64,000 nt of DNA from Eledone cirrhosa (taxonomy: Eukaryota). The stretch covers positions 376,278,001 through 376,342,000 of the forward strand of contig OZ024740.1 in NCBI GenBank assembly GCA_964016885.1, in the 5' to 3' direction. Shown piece by piece: positions 1 through 17,435 of this stretch. The notes under the pieces are model-generated. The model worked only from the letters and a program-made list of their open reading frames with translations. It was not told the DNA's origin and ran no database searches. Positions within the stretch are counted from its first letter, which is position 1; each line of letters opens with the position of its first letter. Position numbers and translations under genes: made by a program.

Positions 1-2
1 AG

Positions 3-345
3 CATATTTACATAGGAGCCACGTCGATGAGCTTCAAGGACAGGTGGTATTACCACCGCCATTCCTTTAATTGGATCGACAAAAGGAAATGTACGGCCCT
101 TTCCGAACTGATCTGAAAGTTAAAGCTGGACAAAGTCCCGTACTCTTTGGCTTGTCCAAAGTTAGCGATGCACCGCAAGACGGAGCCGGATCAGACATTT
201 GCAGCCTCTGCCTAAGTAAGACATTCCAGATATTCAGTGGTGGAATAAATCTAATCAATCGTTGGACAAATTTCTCTGGTAGACACCTAAGGAGGGGACT
301 TTGCCGAAGCTATACGGATAGAAACCCCACCACACTGAGTCATAG
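3..345 (+). pseudogene. C-terminal GIY-YIG endonuclease of a PLE (Hydra-clade-like), disrupted, cut by the window start
   Basis: Frame from nt 3 reads HIYIGATSMSFKDRWYYHRHSF...TALSELI*KLK; after a frameshift it continues DICSLCLSKTFQIF...LINR. This matches the endonuclease ends at 43536-43937 and 62190-62600. Confidence 0.8.
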
Positions 346-1483
346 AAACACCAACCCGGCCCACTGTACTTACCTCACGTCTCTCATCTCTTCTTGCCTC
401 GACTAACATTTAAAATACCACAGAGCAGCAATTACTTAGCGGCTAGGCCCGTGCCTCGCATTGCTGTGCTTCACCCTTCTTTCTCAGTTCCTTAGTTCAA
501 AACCAAGTTACCAGCTACTAGTTAATTAGCGAGTTAGTATACGTTTGCAGGGTCCTACTCTGGGGGATCTCAATGCACCCCACATTTCCATCTACCCCAG
601 GCAGTGATCCGGTTCTCGGAAGGACAATCTTCATCAAACCTAACCCCTTTCGCACACAACAGTCAGGTTTAACAGTGATAAGTAAATACGAAGCACCTAT
701 TATTTCTTTTCCCACCCCTGCAAAAGGTACATGTGTGTCTGTGTATGTGTGTACGTATATACGTATGTGTGTGTATGTATTTGTGTGTGTGCGTGTACAC
801 ATGTGTACACAGATATGCTTAGGTATAGATGTATGTGAATGTATAGATGCAAGTGTGTTTGTGAAAGCATGTATATATATATATGTGTGTGTACGTGTGT
901 GTGTGTGTGTGTGAACGTGTGGGGATATGTAGATGTGTGTATGTGGGTATGTACTAAATGTTTAAAATATCAATTATAATTTTTAACACTTGTTAATTTT
1001 TAACACTTATAAATGTTTACTGGTATAGGTTTTAACACCTCCAGTTATAATTCTAAAATCTACTATTCGGATATGGATAAACACTTACGCTCCCAGATGA
1101 ACCCATATCAGGTTACACGCATGAATTCTTCGCGAAAAATTACAATACCACCGAAAAAAAGAGATAGTGTCTGACCTGTTTACACCACTGCCACTATAGT
1201 AAAATTGGTCAACTAGACCAAAAAGCCGCAGTTAATATAGTTGATTGTTAGAATTAACCCTAGCAGGCTGACCGGCTTCAAGGACAACTGACCTGTTAAG
1301 ATATTATCGGACCAATGAGAAGGAAAGTATACCCTTCGGAAGCTCGAATTTGTTAATTTTAGTTCATATGCCACCAGCTCTTTGAATAAACAACACCTCA
1401 TTTCAGATCTTGGCATATCAACGAATTAACATGGTAAACTTTATTCGACCATTATGTTTCCCTGTTTTTTCTATTTAAGTCTA

Positions 1484-1542
1484 GCTGTCTGATGAGGTCA
1501 TAACTGGTGAATAATGGTTATCACCGAAATATATATTGCAGT
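1484..1542 (+). ncRNA. Type I minimal hammerhead ribozyme in the 3' pseudo-LTR of the upstream PLE
   Basis: gctgt-CTGATGA-ggtcataac...gttatcacc-GAAA-tatata-TT-gcagt; stem I uses G-U pairs, stem III is palindromic, and AATAAA follows. Confidence 0.65.
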
Positions 1543-2379
1543 GAGTATGAATAAAGGAAGTTAATTTTAACCTGTTGGATTCACATGTCTTCTGACAACT
1601 ATATAATGCAGACCAAGCAACCGCATAGAAACACCCAAATTAGCTAGTCCTTGAGGACTTTCACGGGGATAATCGGATAAACAGGAGCATTAAGGTGTCA
1701 AACTAAATGCTTTACAATATGTACGGCCCAGTACGTTTTAGCTTTGAATCCCACCGATGTCATCCTTCTTTCTCATCGTTCATGGGTCTACAATATATTT
1801 GGTTGGTTGCTTTCCCGTAATAGAATCGATGAAATCCCTTTTCTCCATTTCCCCGAATCTGGAAGTTTCTGCTAAAGATGGAATTAGTATTTCAGTAACT
1901 CTGAATCTTTTTTGTGACAAAATCACAACGTCAATGGTGATGATTACTTCTAAGATAAAATACCCAGATAGTTATTTTTAGAAACAATCACCCCTCCCGC
2001 CCCGGTCAACTCTAGGGTCATCCAACCTTTCAAATCAATCCTGCCTTTGTAGCCATTGTTGAATGTGGCTTTCACCGCAACAGACTGCCACCACACCCTT
2101 CTCCTGTCTTCTTCTCCTTCTTATTCTTCCCTCTCCTCCTCCTTCTCCCTGCTCCTCTCCCCCATCTACTACCAGTCAAAAGCAAAAAATCAAAACTACT
2201 ACTTCTGTTAGCCAACTAACAGAGAAAGAAGGACAAAAAAAAACAGAGGTATGAACTCTCCCCTCAAAATATGTATGTAAAAATTAATAATTTTTCTTCC
2301 CCTTTTTATTATTATTAACTGAACCATGCTATCCATATCCGCAGTTGACAATGCATATAATGATGAAACCGGTACCATT

Positions 2380-2556
2380 GGATTAGCAGTATCGGTAGAG
2401 GGTCGGACGCCATGCTTTGCAACAAAGTGTTACGGCCCTTTATAGTCTGAGTTCAAATCTCACCGAGGTTAACTTTGCCTTTCATCCTTACGGGATCGAT
2501 AAAATAAAGTAGCAGGGATAATTGCTAGCCTTGTGTCAAAAGTAGAAACAATTATT
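2380..2556 (+). mobile_element. tRNA-derived SINE (family with 6 copies in the window)
   Basis: A-box-like TAGCAGTATCGG, B-box GAGTTCAAATC, shared core gaggttaactttgcctttcatccttacggg..cgataaaataaagta, and an ATT-rich tail. Confidence 0.85.
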
Positions 2557-2664
2557 AAATACGGAAATATCCTCTTTATAAATAAATAAATGTTTTGATA
2601 TTATACTGAATGAATCCCTTCAGCATGTTCTACTGAAAAAATATTTTTCCTTTCTACTATTTGT

Positions 2665-2712
<48 letters not shown>

Positions 2713-2769
2713 TTATATTTTTATATATTTTTCATTGTTAACTGTTTTTGTTATTGTGTATTTTTACTC

Positions 2770-2853
2770 GATTTTATTGTAAACGTCACTGTCCCTGTCT
2801 TTGTATTGTCCCCTATACGTCGTCCCTTGTGGCCAATAAATGAATTCATTATT
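2770..2853 (+). mobile_element. Isolated 3' terminus related to the Tx1-like LINEs at 24.7-30.7 kb
   Basis: ctttgtattgtcccct...cccttgtggccaataaa resembles their 3' end cccctttgtatttgtcccc...tgtggctaataaag. Confidence 0.5.
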
Positions 2854-2854
2854 A

Positions 2855-2965
2855 TCCCGCCGAGGTTAACTTTGCCTTTCATCCTTATGGGATCGATAAA
2901 ATAAAGTACCAGTAATACCCTGGTATAATTGCTGACCTTGTGCCAAAAGTAGAAACAATTATTAT
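2855..2965 (+). mobile_element. 5'-truncated SINE copy
   Basis: Core and tail match the 2380-2556 family. Confidence 0.8.
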
Positions 2966-3249
2966 TGTTTATATTTTAATTGCCATGTTTTAGAATTCCT
3001 ATTGCACCACAATGCTGGCTTTTGTCCTGTGTTATAAGCAGCACATCATTTTGGATAAAGAATCCGATTGAAATTCAATCTTTCCATTTTTTTTGGGGGG
3101 GGGGGGGTAGTGGTTTTATTAACATTATCACCACTAATATTATTAACAGTATTGTTATCTGTGTTACATGATTCTGTGTGGAAATTTAATTTAGCACCAA
3201 TTGTATGTTACTTGAGATATGTGCTTTGACGATATCTACCGTATTAATT

Positions 3250-4450
3250 GCAATATTGTAGTGTCAGTATCTCTATTGAATATATGCTTCGTCTTGAGCG
3301 GCTATTTTCTTTGAAGTGTCCCGTAATTGTATTTTTTGAAGGTTTTTTCTTCATTTTCTCCTTTACATTTTCCTTGCTCGACAGTTTTTATTGTATCCTT
3401 TGTGCTCTTATTTCACGCAGTCCAATCATTTCCATTTCATTCCATTTTATGATTTATTGCTTTTTGTTGGTATATTTCCGCCTAAGAATTAATCTTGTGT
3501 AGGTATAATCAGGCAATTTGTTTTGTCTATAGTCTAGAATTTTCTAATTTATAGTTCCATCCTGTTTATTTATTCCATGACATCCGAATCTTGCAGCACA
3601 TTGAATATGGGGATTTTTTCCCCAATGATTTTCTTTTGTATATCGTAGAATTGTGTTTGTAACTTGTATTTTTTCTTTTACTTTATTTTGTTTTGTCAAA
3701 ATATTTTCACATTTTCTTTCAATTTGCCTCTCCTTAGATCGTAAACATTTGTTTAATGCTATAACCATTATGACATCACAATTGCATGCAACGAATAGAT
3801 GAATTCTATTTCTACTCTTGTCTAGCATGTTAGAATATTTCTTTTATTCTCTTACACTTTCAGGGTTTCGTCTAATTCGGGGTCTTACATCATGTTCAAT
3901 TTCGTTCGAATTTCTCTTATTTATTTCATAGGTACACTTGCGATTGCGATTGGTTTTACAATTTACAATGTTATCCATTTACTTTGTGAGTCTTGTTAAA
4001 TCCAACCATTGATCCAAAGAGAACGTTATTTGATAGTTACTGGGTAGGAAGTTTGTCGATCCATATCAATTTGCGATTGCATATATTTTGTTTTATTTAT
4101 ATTAAGATATATACACTTCTATATTATAGTAGATTTCCCACTGTGCTTGTGTATTTTGTTTATTGTTAAACGCGGAAGATTATATTTTTGTGCGTCGTGG
4201 TATTTTCTTAGGTTCTTGTTCGTTTTTATCTATATGACTATTGTTTCTATTAATCTTAAGCCTCGATTTTCTATTATTTTTTTAGGACTACTATGTTATA
4301 TTCGCAATTTATTATGTTACCTCATTTTGTTTCTTTTGTTGCAACATGTGTGATTGTGTGTAGAAGATAATGTGGCGCTCTTTTCAATGTCTTGTGGATA
4401 TTTATATTTCTAAGTGTAGTCGGCTGTTTTCTTTTATTATCAATATGTTT
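3250..4450 (-). pseudogene. Heavily decayed L1/Tx1-type ORF2 N-terminal (APE endonuclease and linker) remnant
   Basis: Minus-strand DFN-like and SRNRIHLF (SRID-like) motifs plus a GE..EKPSK-like linker; many stops and frameshifts. Confidence 0.35.
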
Positions 4451-5164
4451 ATTTGTATAACGTGTACTTTAAAATAGACAACGTAAAGACCCATTCAGTT
4501 CTGATTGCTTTCACAACTATATAGCGTACGTCATTTTGAGAGAAGATGTTTTCTTGAAGTTCGTGTTCTGGCTTAAAAGCTCTAGTACGAAGCGCAGCGT
4601 TGAGATTGTCGAAATGCTCGCGGTTACAACAATGGTAGGTCAATTATACATGCTGCCTTGCGTGACAGTATTAACGTCACGCTCATGTATTTATCTTACG
4701 TGATGTGCCGCTGAACATGATTGTCATACCTGATTATATCATTTGGCTCAGTCCTCTGTATGTCACCGTTGTGTGACCAGTATTTGATACGATGTTGTTG
4801 TGTGACCCTATACAATGACGTATTGTCCTAGCATCCTAGCTGTGACCATCGCATCCTTTGTCAAAATTATTTATCGAGGATATCAATACACATATTGTAC
4901 CAAATGGCTCATAAAAAGTGGGAAATGTTTGCAGATTGAGATAGAAGAAACTACTATTCGACGGGGAATTACCCATTACGCCACCGATCATTTTCACATA
5001 AAGTAATGCAATAATCAAGTTCCATATGTACAATAACCATTTCTAACTTAAACATTGTATGACATTAATGAGATTAAATATTCTAGAAATATGTTTGGCT
5101 TTTCTGATGAAACTAAAAGTCTGTATTAAGTAGATAAGGATAAATACAATAAACCCTTAGTAGT

Positions 5165-5348
5165 TTGTCAGTATCGGTAGAGGGTCTGACGCCATGCTAT
5201 GCAGCAAAGAGTTATAGCCCTATATGATCTGAGTTCATATCCCGCCGAGGTTAACTTTGCCTTTCATCCTTACGGGGTCGATCAAATAAAGTACCAGTAA
5301 TACACTGGGATAATTGCTGGTCTTGTGCCAAAAGTAGAAACAATTATT
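5165..5348 (+). mobile_element. tRNA-derived SINE
   Basis: Same head, core and tail as 2380-2556. Confidence 0.85.
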
Positions 5349-5489
5349 TACAAATACCAGAAAACTAAAAAATAGTAACGAAAATAAAATTAATAACGAA
5401 ACTAAAGACATCGAAAAATGTTTAAAGCCTAGCAAAATGTAATGCTTATATGGCATTGACGGTTAATATATAAGACTTAAATAACAACA

Positions 5490-6480
5490 GACAGTGCAGT
5501 TTTGTGAGATTTGGTGGAATTATTCATCCTTTATATCCCTAAAGGAATGGTTTGGCAGTATCCGTAACTGCAACGAATATTCCCAACCTAAATACCGAAG
5601 GAGCAAATACAGATCTTTACTAATACAGGACTTAAAATAACTGTAGATACTAATCTAACTAATTCCACCATCTTAGATGATAACCTCGATTTAGCTCCAG
5701 TTACCCATAAAACCTTCTATAGACATAATCAAAAACTAAGATCTATTAACAGAGGGAACTGTCACCTTCCACTAATCTTTAAACATCTGGTGACTTATAT
5801 TCCCCATGGAATCTATAACTTATCATCCTTCAAAAAGATATTTAAGAGGGTATCTCCGTACTATACCACAGCACTTGCTGATGGCGGCGTCGTAGATAAA
5901 ATTAAATATATGCCCAATACCACCACTCAAAATATACGTAGCAAAATAAATATATTTTGGTTTACACCTCCTTACTCCCGAGCAGGGAAGATTAACATAC
6001 GCAAATATAGACGTATTAAACAAACATTTCGCCCTGAACATAGGTGTAGGAAAAGTTTCAACAGGCAATCACTGAAAATCAGCTACGCATACGGACCTTC
6101 CATAAAGGAAAAAATAAAAATAAAATTATTTTAATCTAATGTAAACCCGAGGTGTACATAGCGCAGGAAAGGTGAATGCCGTCTGCAACAAAATTAAAAT
6201 GTCAGGTCGATCGTCTACAAAACAGCCATCACACCAATTAAAATCAACTATACAGCGAGGGTCAAACAATAGGTTGGTATGAACCTATACCGGTTTAAAC
6301 AATGGAATACTAATGTAGCTCCTCTTTCAAACACCAATAATGACATAGGAATAAACGATTAAATGGATTAACCAGGAAAATTCCTGCCTTATTATTAAAA
6401 GAACAAAGTTATTCCCGTTGCCTAAATGAAAATTTAAGAATACTGTAGGGTCTCAAATCCACAACCGAATGGCTCAAATC
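5490..6480 (+). pseudogene. Decayed PLE RT-thumb, linker and endonuclease fragment (Hydra-clade-like)
   Basis: ORF 5790-6134 (SPYY...IFWFTPPYS...FNRQSLKISY) aligns by eye with IIWFTPPYS...FNRNCVKISY at about 43250-43400. Confidence 0.8.
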
Positions 6481-6856
6481 CCTCAATATGGATAATTTAA
6501 TGATACCCACATATACATTTATAACTTATCTCGGCATGGAAGCATACAGCTAAATTGGGTTAAGATGCGTAGCTTTTGAGTGTCAGTGCCTGTAGCGTGC
6601 ACATATGCTACACTGCACCCAAATACGGTTAAATACATAAGATATATAAATAATATTCAAATAAATAAAATATACACCATTTAAAATCACATATCAACGA
6701 TATTAGTATTATACACATAAATATTTACACTCAATTACACAAATACACAACATATTAAAAGCTAACAAAACCCTAGTAAATATACGCATTCATTAGTAAA
6801 TATACGCATTCATTACAATAATCCATACACAGGAACGAATACGCACACATATACAC

Positions 6857-6900
<44 letters not shown>

Positions 6901-6931
6901 GATTTAATGCTCTGAAATAGCGATATATATG

Positions 6932-7193
6932 TGAAGACAAACATAGAATATTCGAAAATATTCTGTATGTTTATAATAAACATTTTGAAGACCCAATCGC
7001 TATAGAATAGAATACGTCACGTATTACAATTTGGGATTCTCGATAAAAGTAACTTCCTTTACTTCCCTTACTTCCCTTACTTTTATCGAGAATCCCAAAT
7101 TGTAATACGTGACGTATTCTATTCTATAGCGATTGGGTCTTCAAAATGTTTATTATAAACATACAGAATATTTTCGAATATTCTATGTTTGTC

Positions 7194-7197
<4 letters not shown>
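6932..7197. repeat. Perfect 121-bp inverted repeat with a 24-nt spacer, between (TA)n tracts
   Basis: 6932-7052 is the exact reverse complement of 7077-7197; the spacer is made of CTTCCCTTA-like tandem units. Confidence 0.95.
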
Positions 7198-7237
<40 letters not shown>

Positions 7238-8227
7238 GTGTGTGTATATATATATATATTTGAAAAAAAGGAAAAGAATGACTTCACTTGTAGTTCTAAA
7301 CAATTTGATTTAATTTTATAATATTATGAGTTGGTAGATCTATCTAGTAAGTTATTTGTTAACTGCGGTGGGAAGATTTTTAAAGATTCCTGTTTAACTT
7401 TCCTGGAGAACTTTCTCACATTCGTCGGTGGCGATTGTCAATCTGAGATTAGGTTGTGTTGTGATGTGTGACTCTATATATAACTGAGAGATTTGGATGT
7501 GTCTGGGGGTGGGGTGCGGTGTTAATGAGTGTGGGGGTGAAGGAATTATTATGAAGATTTAAAGAAATTAAAGCACACACACGCGCGCGCGCGCACATAA
7601 ACACACACATCCATATAATATATACACAGAAAATGGTGAATGTTGACCGTAAGATAATCGGATGGGAGTGTTTAAGAAAGAAGCTGTAAAAGTCCCCCCC
7701 CCCCCCCCCCCTGCTGGTTCCATTTCAATAAATGAACTTTGATGAATATAATGGCAGGATATTTTTCAAATTCGTATCTTATAGCTGAATCAACTCTCTT
7801 AAATTTATAAAGAATACCTTGAATAATTTTCTATATTAAAGATGAATTTAGGTGCATGTCTGGTGGTGGTGGTGGTGGGGTTAATGAGGTGTAAGATATG
7901 TCTTTTGATTAGAACAGGATGACAGCAAAAAGAAAACTAAGGATAGTTTTGGAATATTTATCAGAAATGTATGATGTTGATATTGGTTTGGGGGTGAAGT
8001 GTATGTGTGTCGGGGGGGGCAGGCTACCTCACATAATCGGTTCCCTATATGTAAATATACTTACCCCCATATATATTACATACATACATATACACACGCA
8101 CACACATACACACACACACATATATATATATACATACACACATATATATATACACATACACACACATATATACATATACACATGTATACATAAATATGCA
8201 TACATATATGTGTGTGTATATATGCAG

Positions 8228-8269
<42 letters not shown>

Positions 8270-8301
8270 ATGTACATATATGTGTGTGTGTATATATGTA
8301 G

Positions 8302-8451
<150 letters not shown>

Positions 8452-8497
8452 CTACATATATACACACACACATATATGTACATACACATACATATAA

Positions 8498-8543
<46 letters not shown>

Positions 8544-8624
8544 ACACGCACATACATATACATATATTCATATACACACACACGCATGCACACATACATA
8601 TACATATGTTCCTTTTGGTATGTG

Positions 8625-9940
8625 AGCACTTAGGAATTGAAGCTGTTGACTTCTGGATTACAAAACACCCAGATTACATTTCAGACAGATTCTTCAAAAA
8701 ATGTATTTTGGAAGGACTCAAATTAGTATTGGAGAACAACCACTTTCTTTTTGATAACGAACTGTATTTACAAATAAAATGAACAACCATAGGCACTAAA
8801 ATGGCCCCAACATATGCAACACTCGTTACGGGTCACCTAGAGGCAAAATTACATTCCAAACTGCAGAAAACATTCAGTCTTGAATTCGCCACCTACATTA
8901 ATCACAACTGCAAACGCTACCTAGACGACTGGTTCACCTTTTGGAATAGAAGACAAGAAGACCTGCAAAGGTCCCATTCCATCATAAACAATATTCACGA
9001 AGCAATACAATTTACCATGGAAATGTAATAAAAAGAAACAGCCGTTTCTGGATATCCTTATCATTAAAGAAGGGGAACATATCAAAACCGACTTATTTTA
9101 CAAACCAACAGACACACCAATACTTGAATTTCCGATCAGCACATGCCTCACATACCAAAAGGAACATTCCCTTTAACATGGCAAGACGCATCTGCACCAT
9201 AGTAACACACCCCACACTACAGGAAAAAAGCTTATATGAACTAAAAAGGTTCCTTAAAAGACAAGAATATCCGGTGAACTTCATCAACACGGCCATCTCC
9301 AAAGCCCAGAACATCCCAGTGACAACACCGAGGAAAACAAAGCAACAAAATAAAATAGAAAAAACAGTTATCCCTTTTATCATCACTCACAATCCAAGGA
9401 ACTTCAACATTGTGAAAGCCGCAAAACAATATCTCCCAATTCTCCAGCAGTCCCCCAAAATGAATGCACTCATAAAGGATGCACAAATAATATATAGTAG
9501 ACACCAAGCACCCAACCTAACGAAACTGCTTACCGAGGCAAAATGTACGTCTAATAATGAAGCAATGCAAGTTAAGAAATACGGGGACCCTCGATGCCGG
9601 ACTTGTGAACACATTGAAGAAGGTGGGCAAATCTCCTTTAAAAACAACCAGTTTTTCAGAGTTAATGCAAACATGAATTGGAAAATCAAAAACTTGATTT
9701 ACTGTGCAGCCTGTCCTTGTGTAAAGAATACTACAATGGTGAAACTGGAACGGGTCTACATGACAGAGTTCGAGTACATAAACAACAAATTAGAGATCCC
9801 TCTGTCAGAAACACCACATGCAGTGAACACTTCGCAAGATGCAGAAAGGGAAAATTTACAATTTTCCCCTTCTTTACGAACATTTCCGAAAATATAAAGA
9901 ATTCTTTATTAGAAAGTACAAACCACTACTGAACAGACAA
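8625..9940 (+). pseudogene. PLE RT (C-terminal half) plus GIY-YIG endonuclease, with stops and frameshifts
   Basis: GTKMAPTYA, KRYLDD, FLDILI, HTKRNIPFNMARR, GDPRCRTC, KNLIYC..C..C..YNGETG, CSEHF. Confidence 0.9.
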
Positions 9941-10301
9941 AAAAAAATAATATTCCTTCTTCAAATAATGGGATTCTCCCCCACCCCCACCCCCCTCACT
10001 CTCTATTCTTTAAAAAATCTCATATTGGAAAAGAAAAATATCGAAATAGAAGTTGATGACACCCGCACTTTCAAACATTGGATCGTTGAAGAGAAGAAAA
10101 AAACCTCAGAGGTACACTAATATTTCATTAATTCCCCCTTCCCCACCCCAATGTATATGTGAACTTAAATACTTGAGTGTGTGCAGATGTCTCTGTATGT
10201 ATGTTTATAGGTGGACAGGTATATGTATGTGTGCATGTCTGTGTGTATATATATGAATATATGTGTATGTATGTGCGTATGTGCGTATATATATGTAGGT
10301 G

Positions 10302-10367
<66 letters not shown>

Positions 10368-10429
10368 CATATCTATATATGTGTATATATATGTATATAT
10401 GTGTATATGTGTGTGTGTATGTGTCTATG

Positions 10430-10464
<35 letters not shown>

Positions 10465-11064
10465 ATGTGTGTGCGTGTATGTATGTATGTAAAATATATG
10501 GGCTGTAAGTATATTTACATATAGGGAAGTGAATATGTGACCTATCCTCCCCCCTCCCCCCATACCAATATCAACAACATACATTTCTGACAAATATTCC
10601 AAAACTATCCTTATTCTTCTCTTTGCTCTCATCCCATTCTAATCAAAAGACATATCTTACACCTCATTAACCCTACCACCACCACCACCAGACATGCACC
10701 TAAATTCATCTTTAATGTAGAAAATTGTTGAAGGTATTCTTTATAAATTTAAGAGAGTTGATTCAGCTATAAGATACGAATTTGAAAAATATCTTGCCAT
10801 TATATTCATCAAAGTTCATTTATTGAAATGGAACCAGCAGTAGGGGGGGGGGGACTTTTACAGCTTCTTTCTTAAACACTCCCATCCGATTATCTTAAGG
10901 TCAACATTCACCATTTTCTGTGTATATATATGAATATTGGTGTATGTGTGTGTGTGTGCGTGCGTGATTTAATTCCTTTAAATCTTCACCAAAATCCCTT
11001 CACTCCCACACTCATCAACACCGCACCCCACCCACACCCCGCAGACACATCCAAATCTCTCTTA

Positions 11065-11104
11065 TATATAAAGTCACACATCACAACACAACCTGATCTC
11101 AGTT
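11065..11104 (+). promoter_or_regulatory. Putative TATA plus initiator (TCAGTT) in the PLE pLTR
   Basis: TATATAAA at 11065 and TCAGTTTGAC at 11099; the same arrangement recurs at 38534-38568. Confidence 0.45.
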
Positions 11105-11311
11105 TGACAATCACCAACGACGAATGCGAGAAAGTTCTCCAGGAAAGTTAACCAGGAATCTTTAAAAATCTTCGACCGAAATTAATGAACTTACTAGATC
11201 TACCAACTCATAATATTATAATATTATATAATTAAATCAAATTGTTTACAAGTGAAGTCATTATTTTCCTTCTTTTCAAATATACCTAACTGTACCAAGG
11301 ATCTCACACAT

Positions 11312-11371
<60 letters not shown>

Positions 11372-11392
11372 ATATGTATATATATATATATA

Positions 11393-11755
11393 TAGAAAGG
11401 ATAAAAAGGACAATTGATTATTCCTTCATTGCATTTATTGATAGGTGACGCGCATTTCGCCAATGCATCTTAAAATGCTATATAGCATTTTAAGATGCTA
11501 TATAGCATTTAAAGAGGGTCCGTCGAGCTGCCGATTATTGAGTCGGGTAGGATCGATATAGATCGAACCTTGAGCTGATCAGTGGCGAAACGCGCATCAC
11601 CTATCAATTAATGCAATGAAGGAATAATCAATCGTCCTTTTTATCCTTTCTATATTTTACACTCTGTATAGCTCTACACATCATCACAGAAGTGAACCTA
11701 AACATCGAGTGCTCACCCGGGTGAACCTGCAGTAACTCCTAGTTACACCCACTGG
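11393..11755 (+). mobile_element. Short fold-back pLTR fragment with the 3' half of an HHR and an unpaired tail
   Basis: 11393-11466 is inverted to 11580-11653; the arm contains ggc-GAAA-cgcgcR-TC-acctat. Inserted in (TA)n. Confidence 0.7.
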
Positions 11756-11824
<69 letters not shown>

Positions 11825-12157
11825 AGCTAGTTTTACACGATAAAATGGTAGATATACTATACTTCCCACCTAAATTGATAATGTGATTATTTCAAATAAT
11901 TTATTGCTAGCATTGTTAGCATTGTTGTTATTGTTCTGATTGAAGCCATTACTACTATATATAGTAGCCATGCCTGTATATTCCTTTCATTCTCGCAAGT
12001 TCCGATGAATTGACTGGTTATAACTTTGTATTGGTGATCGAATGACGTGAAAACAAGCGGGTGGCGATCTCTAGACCTACCAGTTCAGAGGAACAATTGT
12101 CAGCAATGAGATTAAAAACCTTTTTTGTATAGCAAACCGTGTCATTCTTCTTTCCTG

Positions 12158-12209
<52 letters not shown>

Positions 12210-12215
<6 letters not shown>

Positions 12216-12850
12216 GACGTAAAATAAGAAAATTATAAAGATTAACTTACTTAATAAAATTTCACTCCAACTAATTAGTTTCTGAAAGGGAATAAACATG
12301 GTTTCCGAATGGAACGCATGGAGAAGCCTTTCGTCATCAGGAAGTTCGTTCTCAGCTAAGTTACCAGGCGATGCGTGGACACAGAGAACTTATACAAAAA
12401 TAATTCAGTGGATGGAAAAAAGCAAGCGTGGACTAAATTCCAAGACATTGAAAAAATCACTGCCTACTTGGTCGGTGGCAAATTCAAAAGAATCAATCAC
12501 GTGACATCGAGGTTACTCACTGAATTTAGCCACCGACCAAGTATGCAGTGATTTTTTCAATCTCTTGGAATTTAGTCCACGCTTGCTTTTTTCCATCCAC
12601 TGAATTATTTTTGTATAAGTTCCCTGTGTCCACGCATCGCCTGGTAACTTGGCTGAGAACGAACTTCCTGATGACGAAAGGTTTCTCCATGCGTTCCATC
12701 GGGATCCATGTTTATTCCCTTTCAGAAACTAATTAGTTGGAGTGAAATTATAGTAAGTTAATTTTTATAATTTTCTTATTTTACGTTTTTCATATAATTG
12801 TTCTGCATCCCCTTGCATTGAACCACAAAGTTACTAAGACAAACCTATAT
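12210..12850. repeat. ~275-bp inverted repeat (12210-12486 / 12521-12793) plus tail, PLE-pLTR-like
   Basis: Arms are reverse complements with a few substitutions; (TA)n lies on the left. Confidence 0.85.
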
Positions 12851-12921
12851 ATTTGCTAGCATAGGTATGCATCTGTATATATATGTTGGTGGATATACTA
12901 ATTCTTTATATATATATATAA

Positions 12922-13092
<171 letters not shown>

Positions 13093-13101
13093 TATATATT
13101 T

Positions 13102-16452
<3,351 letters not shown>

Positions 16453-16500
16453 CATATATATATATATACGTATGTTCGGAAAGCGGATAGAGAAGTTTGC

Positions 16501-16695
16501 AATAGAAGGCTTCGCTGTAATATTTGACTAAAACAAAACTAGCCTAATAACGAGGCGTATAAACCCACTGAACGGAAAAAGATGGTTATTAGCATACATG
16601 GGAATCGAACGCACACATCCCGTTTCCATCATTTAGTTTGTTTGTATGGCCCGTCATATTATATTTAGTTATATATTACGGCGAAGCCTTCTATT
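16501..16695. mobile_element. MITE-like element with 23-bp TIRs
   Basis: aatagaaggcttcgctgtaatat / atattacggcgaagccttctatt. Confidence 0.55.
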
Positions 16696-17189
16696 TCTAT
16701 TTCAATTTTCAAACTTTGTTCGTCGTTTTCTAAACATAATTGTTTACATATCGCTATAAAGTTATAGGTCCTTACAATAACAGAAAATATGGGTGGGTTC
16801 AATGGTCCAACCATAGCGTACTTTTCCGTCAAACGAGAAGCGTTGGTTTGACATCATGTGATCTAATAACCATATCTTTCCTTATACGCCCTGTCATTAG
16901 ACTATTGTATATAGTTAAATGTTACAGTAAAGCTTTCCATTTATATAGACCTGGTTGTAGTTAATTATGTCTCCGAGGAAACATTTACCAAACACTTGTT
17001 ACCTACGATTATAAATAAAACATGTGAAATTAAAAATTCAATTCCTCTTTCTTAATACAAATATATTGCATATTACCACAACAACGAACAAGTGCCAATT
17101 TTAGCATGGACTTTTTAATACAGATTGACCAATTCACGGTAAAGCAAACATTGTTCAAGCAGGTGCCCCCTATAGTTATCGTATTAACC

Positions 17190-17244
<55 letters not shown>

Positions 17245-17323
17245 TTTTTTTTTTTTTTTTTACAGAATTAAAAATAACCGGCGTTCTACACGAGTGAAAG
17301 TATGAAGAAAAAAAGATGAAATC

Positions 17324-17430
<107 letters not shown>

Positions 17431-17435
17431 TAGAT

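Noticed and set aside
2380-2556. tRNA gene
   Set aside because: The A and B boxes lack a cloverleaf and run into a repeated core and tail, so this is a SINE head.
5103-5160. CTGATGA hammerhead core
   Set aside because: No matching stem II-GAAA-stem III or stem I pairing was found.
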